Below, piece after piece: positions 25,550 through 42,300 of a stretch of 64,000 nt of DNA. The translations under genes were made by a program, and so were the position numbers. A model generated the notes under the pieces. It did not search any database. It saw only the letters and a program-made list of their open reading frames with translations, and was not told where the DNA came from. The DNA lies in the NCBI GenBank assembly GCA_964016885.1, contig CAXHJY010000738.1, positions 124,001 through 188,000 on the forward strand, written 5' to 3'. This DNA is from Eledone cirrhosa. Lineage: Eukaryota. Positions within the stretch are counted from its first letter, which is position 1; each line of letters begins with the position of its first letter.

Positions 25550-27124
25550 CAGTAGATATAATACAATACAGTAGATATATTGCAGTACAGTAGGTATATT
25601 ACTGTACAGTAGGTATATTACAGTACAGTAGATATATTACAGTACAGTAGTTATATTACAGTACAGTAGGTATATTACAGTACAGTAGGTATATTACAGT
25701 ACAGTAGATATATTACAGTACAGTAGATATATTACAGTACAGTAGGTATAATACAGTACAGTAGGTATATTACAGTACAGTAGGTATATTACAGTACAGT
25801 AGGTATATTACAGTACAGTAGGTATATTACACTACAGTAGGTATATTACAGTACAGTAGGTATATTAAAGTACAGTAGGTATAATACAGTACAGTAGGTA
25901 TATTACAGTACGGTAGGTATATTACAGTACAGTAGATATATTACAGTACAGTAGATATAATACAGTACAGTAGATATATTACAGTACAGTAGGTATATTA
26001 CAGTACAGTAGGTATATTACAGTACAGTAGGTATATTACAGTACAGTAGGTATATTACAGTACAGTAGGTATATTATAGTACAGTAGATATATTACAGTA
26101 CAGTAGGTATATTACAGTACAGTAGGTATATTACAGTACAGTAGATATGTTACAGTACAGTAGGTATAATACAGTAAAGTAGGTATATTACAGTACAGTA
26201 GGTATATTACAGTACAGTAGGTATAATACAGTACAGTAGGTATATTACAGTACAGTAGGTATATTACACTACAGTAGGTATGTTACAGTACAGTAGGTAT
26301 GTTACAGTACAGTAGGTATATTACAGTACAGTAGGTATATTACAGTACAGGAGGTATATTACAGTACAATAGATATATTACAGTACAGTAGGTATATTAC
26401 AGTACAGTAGGTATATTACAGTACAGTAGGTATATTACAGTACAGTAGGTATATTACAGTACAGTAGGTATATTACAGTACAGTACGTATATTACAGTAC
26501 AGTAGGTATATTACAGTACAGTAGATATATTACAGTACAGTAGATATATTACAGTACAGTAGATATATTACAGTACAGTAGGTATATTACAGTACAGTAG
26601 ATATATTACAGTACAGTAGGTATATTACAGTACAGTAGATATATTACAGTACAGTAGGTATATTACAGTACAGTAGGTATATTACAGTACAGTAGATATA
26701 TTACAGTACAGTAGGTATAATACAGTACAGTGGGTATATTACAGTACAGTAGGTATATTACACTAAAGTAGATATATTACAGTACAGTAGGTATATTACA
26801 GTACAGTAGGTATAATACCATACAGTAGGTATATTACAGTACAGTAGGTATATTACAGTACAGTAGGTATAATACAGTACAGTAGATATATTACAGTCAG
26901 TAGGTATATTACAGTACAGTAGGTATATTACAGTACAGTAGGTATATTACAGTACAGTAGATATATTACAGTACAGTAGATATATTACAGTACAGTAGAT
27001 ATATTACAGTACAGTAGGTATATTACAGTACAGTAGATAGATTACAGTACAGTAGATAGATTACAGTACAGTAGGTATATTACAGTACACTAGATAGATT
27101 ACAGTACAGTAGATATATTACAGT

Positions 27125-30100
27125 ACAGTAGGTATATTACAGTACCATAGGTATATTACAGTACAGTAGATATATTACAGTACAGTAGGTATATTACAGT
27201 ACAGTAGGTATATTACAGTACAGTAGGTATATTACAGTACAGTAGGTATATTACAGTACAGTAGGTATATTACAGTACAGTAGGTATATTACAGTACAGT
27301 AGGTATAATACAGTACAGTAGGTATAATACAGTACAGTAGGTATAATACAGTACAGTAGGTATATTACAGTACAGTAGGTATATTACAGTACAGTAGGTA
27401 TGTTACAGTACAGTAGGTATATTACAGTACAGTTGGTATATTACAGTACAGTAGGTATATTACAGTACAGTAGGTATATTACAGTACAGTAGATATATTA
27501 CAGTACAGTAGGTATATTACAGTACAGTAGGTATATTACAGTACAGTAGGTATATTACAGTACAGTAGATATATTACAGTACAGTAGGTATATTACAGTA
27601 CAGTAGATATATTACAGTACAGTATGTATATTACAGTACAGTAGGTATATTACAGTACAGTAGGTATATTACAGTACAGTAGGTATATTACAGTACAGTA
27701 GGTATATTACAGTACAGTAGATATATTACAGTACAATAGGTATATTACAGTACAGTAGGTATATTACAGTACAGTAGGTATATTACAGTACAGTAGGTAT
27801 ATTACAGTACAGTAGATATATTACAGTACAGTAGATATATTACAGTACAGTAGATAGATTACAGTACAGTAGATATATTACAGTACAGTAGGTATATTAC
27901 AGTACAGTAGATATATTACAGTACAGTAGGTATATTATAGTACAGTAGGTATATTACAGTACAGTAGGTATATTACAGTACAGTAGGTATAATACAGTAA
28001 AGTAGGTATATTACAGTACAGAAGGTATATTACACTACAGTAGGTATAATACAGTACAGTAGGTATATTACAGTACAGTAGGTATATTACAGTACAGTAG
28101 GTATGTTACAGTACAGTAGGTATATTACAGTACAGTAGGTATATTACAGTACAGTAGGTATATTACAGTACAGTAGGTATATTACAGTACAGTAGATATA
28201 TTACAGTACAGTAGGTATATTACAGTACAGTAGGTATATTACAGTACAGTAGATAGAGTACAGTACAGTAGATATATTACAGTACAGTAGCTATATTACA
28301 GTACAGTAGGTATAATACAGTACAGTAGGTATATTACAGTACAGTAGGTTTATTACAGTACAGTAGGTATATTACAGTACAGTAGGTATATTACAGTACA
28401 GTAGGTATATTACAGTACAGTAGATATATTGCAGTACAGTAGGTATATTACAGTAAAGTAGATAGATTACAGTACATTAGATATATTACAGTACAGTAGA
28501 TATATTACAGTACAATAGGTATATTACAGTACAGTAGGTATATTACAGTAGATATATTACAGTACAGTAGGTATATTACAGTACAGTAGATATATTACAG
28601 TACAGTAGGTATATTACAGTACAGTCGATATAATACAGTACAGTAGGTATATTACAGTACAGTAGGTATATTACAGTACAGTCGATATAATACAGTACAG
28701 TAGATATATTACAGTACAGTAGGTATATTACAGTACAGTTGGTATATTACAGTACAGTAGGTATATTACAGTACAGTAGGTATATTACAGTACAGTAGGT
28801 ATATTACAGTACAGTAGGTATATTACAGTACACTAGGTATATTACAGTACACTAGGTATATTACAGTACAGTAGGTATATTACAGTACAGTAGATATATT
28901 ACAGTACAGTAGGTATAATACCATACAGTAGGTATATTACAGTACAGTAGGTATATTACAGTACAGTAGGTATAATACAGTACAGTAGATATATTACAGT
29001 ACAGTAGGTATATTACACTACAGTAGGTATATTACAGTACAGTAGGTATATTAAAGTACAGTAGGTATAATACAGTACAGTAGGTATATTACAGTACAGT
29101 AGGTATATTACAGTACAGTAGATATAATACAGTACAGTAGATATATTGCAGTACAGTAGGTATATTACTGTACAGTAGGTATATTACAGTACAGTAGATA
29201 TATTACAGTACAGTAGTTATATTACAGTACAGTAGGTATATTACAGTACAGTAGGTATATTACAGTACAGTAGATATATTACAGTACAGTAGGTATAATA
29301 CAGTACAGTAGGTATATTACAGTACAGTAGGTATATTACAGTACAGTAGGTATATTACACTACAGTAGGTATATTACACTACAGTAGGTATATTACAGTA
29401 CAGTAGGTATATTACACTACAGTAGGTATATTACAGTACAGTAGGTATATTAAAGTACAGTAGGTATAATACAGTACAGTAGGTATATTACAGTACAGTA
29501 GGTATAATACAGTACAGTAGGTATATTACAGTACAGTAGGTATATTACAGTACAGTAGGTATATTACAGTACAGTAGGTATATTACAGTACAGTAGGTAT
29601 ATTACAATACAGTAGGTATATTACAGTACAGTAAATAGATTACAGTACAGTAGATAAATTACAGTACAGTAGGTATATTACAGTACAGTAGGTATATTAT
29701 AGTACAGTAGATATATTACAGTACAGTAGGAATATTACAGTACAGTAGATATATTACAGTACAGTAGATATATTACAGTACAGTAGATATAATACAGTAC
29801 AGTAGATATATTACAGTACAGTAGTTATATTACAGTACAGTAGGTATATTACAGTACAGTAGGTATATTACAGTACAGTAGATATAATACAGTACAGTAG
29901 ATATATTACAGTACAATAGGTATATTACAGTACAGTAGGTATATTACAGTACAGTAGGTATAATACAGTACAGTAGGTATATTACAGTACAGTAGGTATA
30001 TTACAGTACAGTAGGTATATTACAGTACAGTAGGTATATTACAGTACAGTAGGTATATTACAATACAGTAGGTATAATACAGTACAGTAAATAGATTACA

Positions 30101-33100
30101 GTACAGTAGATAAATTACAGTACAGTAGGTATATTACAGTACAGTAGGTATATTATAGTACAGTAGATATATTACAGTACAGTAGGAATATTACAGTACA
30201 GTAGATATATTACAGTACAGTAGATATATTACAGTACAGTAGGTATATTACAGTACAGTAGGTATATTACAGTACAGTAGGTATATTACAGTACAGTAGA
30301 TATATTACAGTACAGTAGGTATATTAAAGTACAGTAGGTATAATACAGTACAGTAGGTATATTACAGTACAGTAGGTATATTACAGTACAGTAGGTATAA
30401 TACAGTACAGTAGTTATATTACAGTACAGTAGGTATAATACAGTACAGTAGGTATATTACAGTACAGTAGGTATATTACATTACAGTAGGTATATTACAG
30501 TACAGTAGGTATATTACAGTACAGTATATATATTACAGTACACTAGGTATATTACAGTACAGTAGGTATATTACAGTACAGTAGATATATTACAGTACAC
30601 TAGGTATATTACAGTACAGTAGGTATATTACAGTACAGTAGATATATTACAGTACAGTAGGTATAATACCATACAGTAGGTATATTACAGTACAGTAGGT
30701 ATATTACAGTACAGTAGGTATAATACAGTACAGTAGATATATTACAGTACAGTAGGTATATTACACTACAGTAGGTATATTACAGTACAGTAGGTATATT
30801 AAAGTACAGTAGGTATAATACAGTACAGTAGGTATATTACAGTACAGTAGGTATATTACAGTACAGTAGGTATATTACAGTACAGTAGGTATATTACAGT
30901 ACAGTAGGTATATTACAGTACAGTAGGTATATTAAAGTACAGTAGGTATAATACAGTACAGTAGGTATATTACAGTAGAGTAGGTATATTACAGTACAGT
31001 AGATATAATACAGTACAGTAGATATATTACAGTACAGTAGGTATATTACAGTACAGTAGGTATATTACAGTACAGTAGGTATATTACAGTACAGTAGGTA
31101 TATTACAGTACAGTAGATATATTACAGTACAGTAGATATATTACAGTACAGTAGGTATATTACAGTACAGTAGATATATTACAGTACAGTAGATATATTA
31201 CAGTACAGTAGGTATATTACAGTACAGTAGATATATTACAGTACAGTAGATATATTACAGTACAGTAGATATATTACAGTAGGTATATTACAGTACATTA
31301 GGTATATTACAGTACAGTAGGTATAATACAGTACAGTAGATATATTACAGTACAGTAGGTATATTACAGTACAGTAGGTATGTTACAGTACAGTAGGTAT
31401 ATTACATTACAGTAGGTATATTACAGTACAGTAGGTATATTACAGTACAGTAGATATATTACAGTACAGTAGGTATATTACAGTACAGTAGGTATATTAC
31501 AGTACAGTAGATAGAGTACAGTACTTTAGATATATTACAGTACAGTAGGTATATTACAGTACAGTAGGTATATTACAGTACTGTAGGTATATTACAGTAC
31601 AGTAGGTATATTACAGTACAGTAGGTATATTACAGTACAGTAGATATATTACAGTACAGTAGGTATATTACAGTACAGTAGATAGATTACAGTACAGTAG
31701 ATATATTACAGTACAGTAGTTATATTACAGTACAGTAGGTATATTACAGTACAGTAGATATATTACAGTACAGTAGGTATATTACAGTACCATAGGTATA
31801 TTACAGTACAGTAGATATATTACAGTACAGTAGGTATATTACAGTACAGTAGGTATATTACAGTACAGTAGGTATATTACAGTACAGTAGGTATATTACA
31901 GTACAGTAGGTATATTACAGTACAGTAGGTATATTACAGTACAGTAGGTATAATACAGTACAGTAGGTATAATACAGTACAGTAGGTATAATACAGTACA
32001 GTAGGTATATTACAGTACAGTAGGTATATTACAGTACAGTAGGTATGTTACAGTACAGTAGGTATATTACAGTACAGTTGGTATATTACAGTACAGTAGG
32101 TATATTACAGTACAGTAGGTATATTACAGTACAGTAGATATATTACAGTACAGTAGGTATATTACAGTACAGTAGGTATATTACAGTACAGTAGGTATAT
32201 TACAGTACAGTAGATATATTACAGTACAGTAGGTATATTACAGTACAGTAGATATATTACAGTACAGTATGTATATTACAGTACAGTAGGTATATTACAG
32301 TACAGTAGGTATATTACAGTACAGTAGGTATATTACAGTACAGTAGGTATATTACAGTACAGTAGATATATTACAGTACAATAGGTATATTACAGTACAG
32401 TAGGTATATTACAGTACAGTAGGTATATTACAGTACAGTAGGTATATTACAGTACAGTAGATATATTACAGTACAGTAGATATATTACAGTACAGTAGAT
32501 AGATTACAGTACAGTAGATATATTACAGTACAGTAGGTATATTACAGTACAGTAGATATATTACAGTACAGTAGGTATATTATAGTACAGTAGGTATATT
32601 ACAGTACAGTAGGTATATTACAGTACAGTAGGTATAATACAGTAAAGTAGGTATATTACAGTACAGAAGGTATATTACACTACAGTAGGTATAATACAGT
32701 ACAGTAGGTATATTACAGTACAGTAGGTATATTACAGTACAGTAGGTATGTTACAGTACAGTAGGTATATTACAGTACAGTAGGTATATTACAGTACAGT
32801 AGGTATATTACAGTACAGTAGGTATATTACAGTACAGTAGATATATTACAGTACAGTAGGTATATTACAGTACAGTAGGTATATTACAGTACAGTAGATA
32901 GAGTACAGTACAGTAGATATATTACAGTACAGTAGGTATATTACAGTACAGTAGGTATAATACAGTACAGTAGGTATATTACAGTACAGTAGGTTTATTA
33001 CAGTACAGTAGGTATATTACAGTACAGTAGGTATATTACAGTACAGTAGGTATATTACAGTACAGTAGATATATTGCAGTACAGTAGGTATATTACAGTA

Positions 33101-36100
33101 AAGTAGATAGATTACAGTACATTAGATATATTACAGTACAGTAGATATATTACAGTACAATAGGTATATTACAGTACAGTAGGTATATTACAGTAGATAT
33201 ATTACAGTACAGTAGGTATATTACAGTACAGTAGATATATTACAGTACAGTAGGTATATTACAGTACAGTCGATATAATACAGTACAGTAGGTATATTAC
33301 AGTACAGTAGGTATATTACAGTACAGTCGATATAATACAGTACAGTAGATATATTACAGTACAGTAGGTATATTACAGTACAGTTGGTATATTACAGTAC
33401 AGTAGGTATATTACAGTACAGTAGGTATATTACAGTACAGTAGGTATATTACAGTACAGTAGGTATATTACAGTACACTAGGTATATTACAGTACACTAG
33501 GTATATTACAGTACAGTAGGTATATTACAGTACAGTAGATATATTACAGTACAGTAGGTATAATACCATACAGTAGGTATATTACAGTACAGTAGGTATA
33601 TTACAGTACAGTAGGTATAATACAGTACAGTAGATATATTACAGTACAGTAGGTATATTACACTACAGTAGGTATATTACAGTACAGTAGGTATATTAAA
33701 GTACAGTAGGTATAATACAGTACAGTAGGTATATTACAGTACAGTAGGTATATTACAGTACAGTAGATATAATACAGTACAGTAGATATATTGCAGTACA
33801 GTAGGTATATTACTGTACAGTAGGTATATTACAGTACAGTAGATATATTACAGTACAGTAGTTATATTACAGTACAGTAGGTATATTACAGTACAGTAGG
33901 TATATTACAGTACAGTAGATATATTACAGTACAGTAGGTATAATACAGTACAGTAGGTATATTACAGTACAGTAGGTATATTACAGTACAGTAGGTATAT
34001 TACACTACAGTAGGTATATTACACTACAGTAGGTATATTACAGTACAGTAGGTATATTACACTACAGTAGGTATATTACAGTACAGTAGGTATATTAAAG
34101 TACAGTAGGTATAATACAGTACAGTAGGTATATTACAGTACAGTAGGTATAATACAGTACAGTAGGTATATTACAGTACAGTAGGTATATTACAGTACAG
34201 TAGGTATATTACAGTACAGTAGGTATATTACAGTACAGTAGGTATATTACAATACAGTAGGTATATTACAGTACAGTAAATAGATTACAGTACAGTAGAT
34301 AAATTACAGTACAGTAGGTATATTACAGTACAGTAGGTATATTATAGTACAGTAGATATATTACAGTACAGTAGGAATATTACAGTACAGTAGATATATT
34401 ACAGTACAGTAGATATATTACAGTACAGTAGATATAATACAGTACAGTAGATATATTACAGTACAGTAGTTATATTACAGTACAGTAGGTATATTACAGT
34501 ACAGTAGGTATATTACAGTACAGTAGATATAATACAGTACAGTAGATATATTACAGTACAATAGGTATATTACAGTACAGTAGGTATATTACAGTACAGT
34601 AGGTATAATACAGTACAGTAGGTATATTACAGTACAGTAGGTATATTACAGTACAGTAGGTATATTACAGTACAGTAGGTATATTACAGTACAGTAGGTA
34701 TATTACAATACAGTAGGTATATTACAGTACAGTAAATAGATTACAGTACAGTAGATAAATTACAGTACAGTAGGTATATTACAGTACAGTAGGTATATTA
34801 TAGTACAGTAGATATATTACAGTACAGTAGGAATATTACAGTACAGTAGATATATTACAGTACAGTAGATATATTACAGTACAGTAGGTATATTACAGTA
34901 CAGTAGGTATATTACAGTACAGTAGGTATATTACAGTACAGTAGATATATTACAGTACAGTAGGTATATTAAAGTACAGTAGGTATAATACAGTACAGTA
35001 GGTATATTACAGTACAGTAGTTATATTACAGTACAGTAGGTATAATACAGTACAGTAGGTATATTACAGTACAGTAGGTATATTACATTACAGTAGGTAT
35101 ATTACAGTACAGTAGGTATATTACAGTACAGTATATATATTACAGTACACTAGGTATATTACAGTACAGTAGGTATATTACAGTACAGTAGATATATTAC
35201 AGTACACTAGGTATATTACAGTACAGTAGGTATATTACAGTACAGTAGATATATTACAGTACAGTAGGTATAATACCATACAGTAGGTATATTACAGTAC
35301 AGTAGGTATATTACAGTACAGTAGGTATAATACAGTACAGTAGATATATTACAGTACAGTAGGTATATTACACTACAGTAGGTATATTACAGTACAGTAG
35401 GTATATTAAAGTACAGTAGGTATAATACAGTACAGTAGGTATATTACAGTACAGTAGGTATATTACAGTACAGTAGGTATATTACAGTACAGTAGGTATA
35501 TTACAGTACAGTAGGTATATTACAGTACAGTAGGTATATTAAAGTACAGTAGGTATAATACAGTACAGTAGGTATATTACAGTAGAGTAGGTATATTACA
35601 GTACAGTAGATATAATACAGTACAGTAGATATATTACAGTACAGTAGGTATATTACAGTACAGTAGGTATATTACAGTACAGTAGGTATATTACAGTACA
35701 GTAGGTATATTACAGTACAGTAGATATATTACAGTACAGTAGATATATTACAGTACAGTAGATATATTACAGTACAGTAGATATATTACAGTACAGTAGG
35801 TATATTACAGTACAGTAGATATATTACAGTACAGTAGATATATTACAGTACAGTAGATATATTACAGTAGGTATATTACAGTACATTAGGTATATTACAG
35901 TACAGTAGGTATAATACAGTACAGTAGATATATTACAGTACAGTAGGTATATTACAGTACAGTAGGTATGTTACAGTACAGTAGGTATATTACATTACAG
36001 TAGGTATATTACAGTACAGTAGGTATATTACAGTACAGTAGATATATTACAGTACAGTAGGTATATTACAGTACAGTAGGTATATTACAGTACAGTAGAT

Positions 36101-36360
36101 AGAGTACAGTACTTTAGATATATTACAGTACAGTAGGTATATTACAGTACAGTAGGTATATTACAGTACTGTAGGTATATTACAGTACAGTAGGTATATT
36201 ACAGTACAGTAGGTATATTACAGTACAGTAGATATATTACAGTACAGTAGGTATATTACAGTACAGTAGATAGATTACAGTACAGTAGATATATTACAGT
36301 ACAGTAGTTATATTACAGTACAGTAGGTATATTACAGTACAGTAGATATATTACAGTACA
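27125..36360. repeat. Tandem duplication, period about 4,645 bp (245 monomers minus 10 bp)
   Basis: AGTACCATAG 27141/31786, GTCGAT 28624/33269, GTAAATAGAT 29631/34276, GAATATT 30186/34831. GTACTTTAGA at 31521/36109 has an offset three monomers shorter. Confidence 0.88.
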
Positions 36361-39300
36361 GTAGGTATATTACAGTACAGTAGATATATTACAGTACAGT
36401 AGGTACATTACAGTACAGTAGGTATATTACAGTACAGTAGGTATATTACAGTACAGTAGGTATATTACAGTACAGTAGGTATATTACAGTACAGTAGATA
36501 TATTACAGTACAGTAGGTATAATACAGTACAGTAGGTATATTACAGTACAGTAGGTATATTACAGTACAGTAGGTATATTACAGTACAGTAGTTATAATA
36601 CAGTACAGTAGGTATATTACAGTACAGTAGTTATAATACAGTACAGTAGGTATATTACAGTACAGTAGGTATATTACAGTACAGTAGGTATATTACAGTA
36701 CAGTAGGTATATTACAGTACAGTAGATATATTACAGTACAGTAGGTATATTACAGTACAGTAGGTATATTACAGTACAGTAGGTATATTACAGTACTGTA
36801 GATATATTACAGTACAGTAGGTATATTACAGTACAGTAGGTATATTACAGTACAGTAGGTATATTACAGTACAGTAGGTATATTACAGTACAGTAGATAT
36901 ATTACAGTACAGTAGGTATATTACAGTACAGTAGGTATATTACAGTACAGTAGGGATAATACAGTACAGTAGATATGTTACAGTACAGTAGGTATATTAC
37001 AGTACAGTAGGTATATTACAGTACAGTAGGTATATTACAGTACAGTAGACACATTACAGTACAGTATGTATATTACAGTACAGTAGGTATATTACAGTAC
37101 AGTAGGTATATTACAGTACAGTAGGTATATTACAGTACAGTAGGTATATTACAGTACAGTAGGTATATTACAGTACAGTAGGTATATTACAGTACAGTAG
37201 GTATATTACAGTACAGTAGGTATAATACAGTACAGTAGGTATATTACAGTACAGTAGGTATATTACAGTACAGTAGGTATAATACAGTACAGTAGATATA
37301 TTACAGTACAGTAGGTATATTACACTACAGTAGGTATATTACAGTACAGTAGGTATATTAAAGTACAGTAGGTATAATACAGTACAGTAGGTATATTACA
37401 GTACAGTAGGTATATTACAGTACAGTAGGTATATTACAGTACAGTAGGTATATTACAGTACAGTAGGTATATTACACTACAGTAGGTATATTACAGTACA
37501 GTAGGTATATTAAAGTACAGTATGTATAACACAGTACAGTAGGTATATTACAGTAGAGTAGGTATATTACAGTACAGTAGATATAATACAGTACAGTAGA
37601 TATATTACAGTACAGTAGGTATATTACAGTACAGTAGGTATATTACAGTACAGTAGGTATATTACAGTACAGTAGGTATATTACAGTACAGTAGGTATAT
37701 TACAGTACAGTAGATAGATTACAGTACAGTAGATATATTACAGTACAGTAGGTATATTACAGTACAGTAGGTATATTACAGTACAGTAGACATATTACAG
37801 TACAGTATGTATATTACAGTAGGTATATTACAGTACAGTAGGTATATTACAGTACAGTAGGTATATTACAGTACAGTAGATAGATTACAGTACAGTAGAT
37901 ATATTACAGTACAGTAGGTATATTACAGTACAGTAGGTATATTAGAGTACAGTAGACATATTACAGTACAGTATGTATATTACAGTACAGTAGGTATAAT
38001 ACAGTACAGTAGGTATATTACAGTACAGTAGGTATATTACAGTACAGTAGTTATATTACAGTACAGTAGTTATATTACAGTACAGTAGGTATAATACAGT
38101 ACAGTAGGTATATTACAGTACAGTAGGTATATTACAGTACAGTAGGTATATTACAGTACAGTAGGTATATTACAGTACAGTATATATATTACAGTACACT
38201 AGGTATATTACAGTACAGTAGGTATATTACAGTACAGTAAATATATTACAGTACAATAGGTAATTTACAGTACAGTAGGTATATTACAGTACAGTAGATA
38301 TATTACAGTACAGTAGGTATAATACCATACAGTAGGTATATTACAGTACAGTAGGTATATTACAGTACTGTAGGTATAATACAGTACAGTAGATATATTA
38401 CAGTACAGTAGGTATATTACACTACAGTAGGTATATTACAGTACAGTAGGTATATTAAAGTACAGTAGGTATAATACAGTACAGTAGGTATATTACAGTA
38501 CAGTAGGTATATTACAGTACAGTAGGTATATTACAGTACAGTAGGTATATTTCAGTACAGTAGGTATATTACACTACAGTAGGTATATTACAGTACAGTA
38601 GATATATTGCAGTACAGTAGGTATATTACACTACAGTAGGTATATTACAGTACAGTAGGTATATTAAAGTACAGTAGGTATAATACAGTACAGTAGGTAT
38701 ATTACAGTACAGTAGGTATATTACAGTACAGTAGATATAATACAGTACAGTAGATATATTACAGTACAGTAGGTATATTACAGTACAGTAGGTATATTAC
38801 AGTACAGTAGGTATATTACTGTACAGTAGGTATATTACAGTACAGTAGATATATTACAGTACAGTAGTTATATTACAGTACAGTAGGTATATTACAGTAC
38901 AGTAGGTATATTACAGTACAGTAGATATATTACAGTACAGTAGATATATTACAGTACAGTAGGTATAATACAGTACAGTAGGTATATTACAGTACAGTAG
39001 GTATATTACAGTACAGTAGGTATATTACAGTACAGTAGGTATATTACACTACAGTAGGTATATTACAGTACAGTAGGTATATTAAAGTACAGTAGGTATA
39101 ATACAGTACAGTAGGTATATTACAGTACGGTAGGTATAATACAGTACAGTAGGTATATTACAGTACAGTAGGTATATTACAGTACAGTAGATAGAGTACA
39201 GTACAGTAGATATATTGCAGTACAGTAGGTATATTACTGTACAGTAGGTATATTACAGTACAGTAGATATATTACAGTACAGTAGTTATATTACAGTACA

Positions 39301-42300
39301 GTAGGTATATTACAGTACAGTAGGTATATTACAGTACAGTAGATATATTACAGTACAGTAGATATATTACAGTACAGTAGGTATATTACAGTACAGTAGA
39401 TATATTACAGTACAGTAGATATATTACAGTACAGTAGGTATAATACAGTACAGTAGGTATATTACAGTACAGTAGGTATATTACAGTACAGTAGGTATAT
39501 TACAGTACAGTAGGTATATTACACTACAGTAGGTATATTACAGTACAGTAGGTATATTAAAGTACAGTAGGTATAATACAGTACAGTAGGTATATTACAG
39601 TACGTTAGGTATAATACAGTACAGTAGGTATATTACAGTACAGTAGGTATATTACAGTACAGTAGATAGAGTACAGTACAGTAGATATATTGCAGTACAG
39701 TAGGTATATTACTGTACAGTAGGTATATTACAGTACAGTAGATATATTACAGTACAGTAGTTATATTACAGTACAGTAGGTATATTACAGTACAGTAGGT
39801 ATATTACAGTACAGTAGATATATTACAGTACAGTAGATATATTACAGTACAGTAGGTATAATACAGTACAGTAGGTATATTACAGTACAGTAGGTATATT
39901 ACAGTACAGTAGGTATATTACAGTACAGTAGGTATATTACACTACAGTAGGTATATTACAGTACAGTAGGTATAATACAGTAAAGTAGATATATTACAGT
40001 ACAGAAGATATATTACAGTACAGAAGATATATTACAGTACAGTAGATAGATTACAGTACAGTAGATATATTACAGTACAGTAGGTATATTACAGTACAGT
40101 AGATATATTACAGTACAGTAGATATATTACAGTACAGTAGATATAATACAGTACAGTAGATATATTACAGTACAGTAGGTATATTACAGTACAGTAGGTA
40201 TATTACAGTACAGTAGGTATATTACAGTACAGTAGGTATATTACAGTACAGTAGGTATATTATAGTACAGTAGATATATTACAGTACAGTAGGTATATTA
40301 CAGTACGGTAGGTATATTACAGTACAGTAGATATGTTACAGTACAGTAGGTATAATACAGTAAAGTAGGTATATTACAGTACAGTAGGTATATTACAGTA
40401 CAGTAGGTATAATACAGTACAGTAGGTATATTACAGTACAGTAGGTATATTACACTACAGTAGGTATGTTACAGTACAGTAGGTATGTTACAGTACAGTA
40501 GGTATATTACAGTACAGTAGGTATATTACAGTACATTAGGTATATTACAGTACAATAGATATATTACAGTACAGTAGGTATATTACAGTACAGTAGGTAT
40601 ATTACAGTACAGTAGGTATATTACAGTACAGTAGGTATATTACAGTACAGTAGGTATATTACAGTACAGTACGTATATTACAGTACAGTAGGTATATTAC
40701 AGTACAGTAGATATATTACAGTACAGTAGATATATTACAGTACAGTAGATATATTACAGTACAGTAGGTATATTACAGTACAGTAGATATATTACAGTAC
40801 AGTAGGTATATTACAGTACAGTAGATATATTACAGTACAGTAGGTATATTACAGTACAGTAGGTATATTACAGTACAGTAGATATATTACAGTACAGTAG
40901 GTATAATACAGTACAGTGGGTATATTACAGTACAGTAGGTATATTACACTAAAGTAGATATATTACAGTACAGTAGGTATATTACAGTACAGTAGGTATA
41001 ATACCATACAGTAGGTATATTACAGTACAGTAGCTATATTACAGTACAGTAGGTATAATACAGTACAGTAGATATATTACAGTCAGTAGGTATATTACAG
41101 TACAGTAGGTATATTACAGTACAGTAGGTATATTACAGTACAGTAGATATATTACAGTACAGTAGATATATTACAGTACAGTAGATATATTACAGTACAG
41201 TAGGTATATTACAGTACAGTAGATAGATTACAGTACAGTAGATAGATTACAGTACAGGAGGTATATTACAGTACACTAGATAGATTACAGTACAGTAGAT
41301 ATATTACAGTACAGTAGGTATATTACAGTACCATAGGTATATTACAGTACAGTAGATATATTACAGTACAGTAGGTATATTACAGTACAGTAGGTATATT
41401 ACAGTACAGTAGGTATATTACAGTACAGTAGGTATATTACAGTACAGTAGGTATATTACAGTACAGTAGGTATGTTACAGTACAGTAGGTATATTACAGT
41501 ACAGTTGGTATATTACAGTACAGTAGGTATATTACAGTACAGTAGGTATATTACAGTACAGTAGATATATTACAGTACAGTAGGTATATTACAGTACAGT
41601 AGGTATATTACAGTACAGTAGATAGAGTACAGTACAGTAGATATATTACAGTACAGTAGGTATATTACAGTACAGTAGGTATATTACAGTACAGTATGTA
41701 TATTACAGTACAGTAGGTATATTACAGTACAGTAGGTATATTACAGTACAGTAGGTATATTACAGTACAGTAGGTATATTACAGTACAGTAGATATATTA
41801 CAGTACAATAGGTATATTACAGTACAGTAGGTATATTACAGTACAGTAGGTATATTACAGTACAGTAGGTATATTACAGTACAGTAGGTATATTACAGTA
41901 CAGTAGATATATTACAGTACAGTAGGTATATTACAGTACATTAGATATATTACAGTACAGTAGGTATATTACAGTACATTAGATATATTACAGTACAGTA
42001 GGTATATTACAGTGCAGTAGGTATATTACAGTACAGTAGATAGAGTACAGTACAGTAGATATATTACAGTACAGTAGGTATATTACAGTACAGTAGGTAT
42101 AATACAGTACAGTAGGTATATTACAGTACAGTAGGTTTATTACAGTACAGTAGGTTTATTACAGTACAGTAGGTATATTACAGTACAGTAGGTATATTAC
42201 AGTACAGTAGATATATTGCAGTACAGTAGGTATATTACAGTAAAGTAGATAGATTACAGTACATTAGATATATTACAGTACAGTAGATATATTACAGTAA

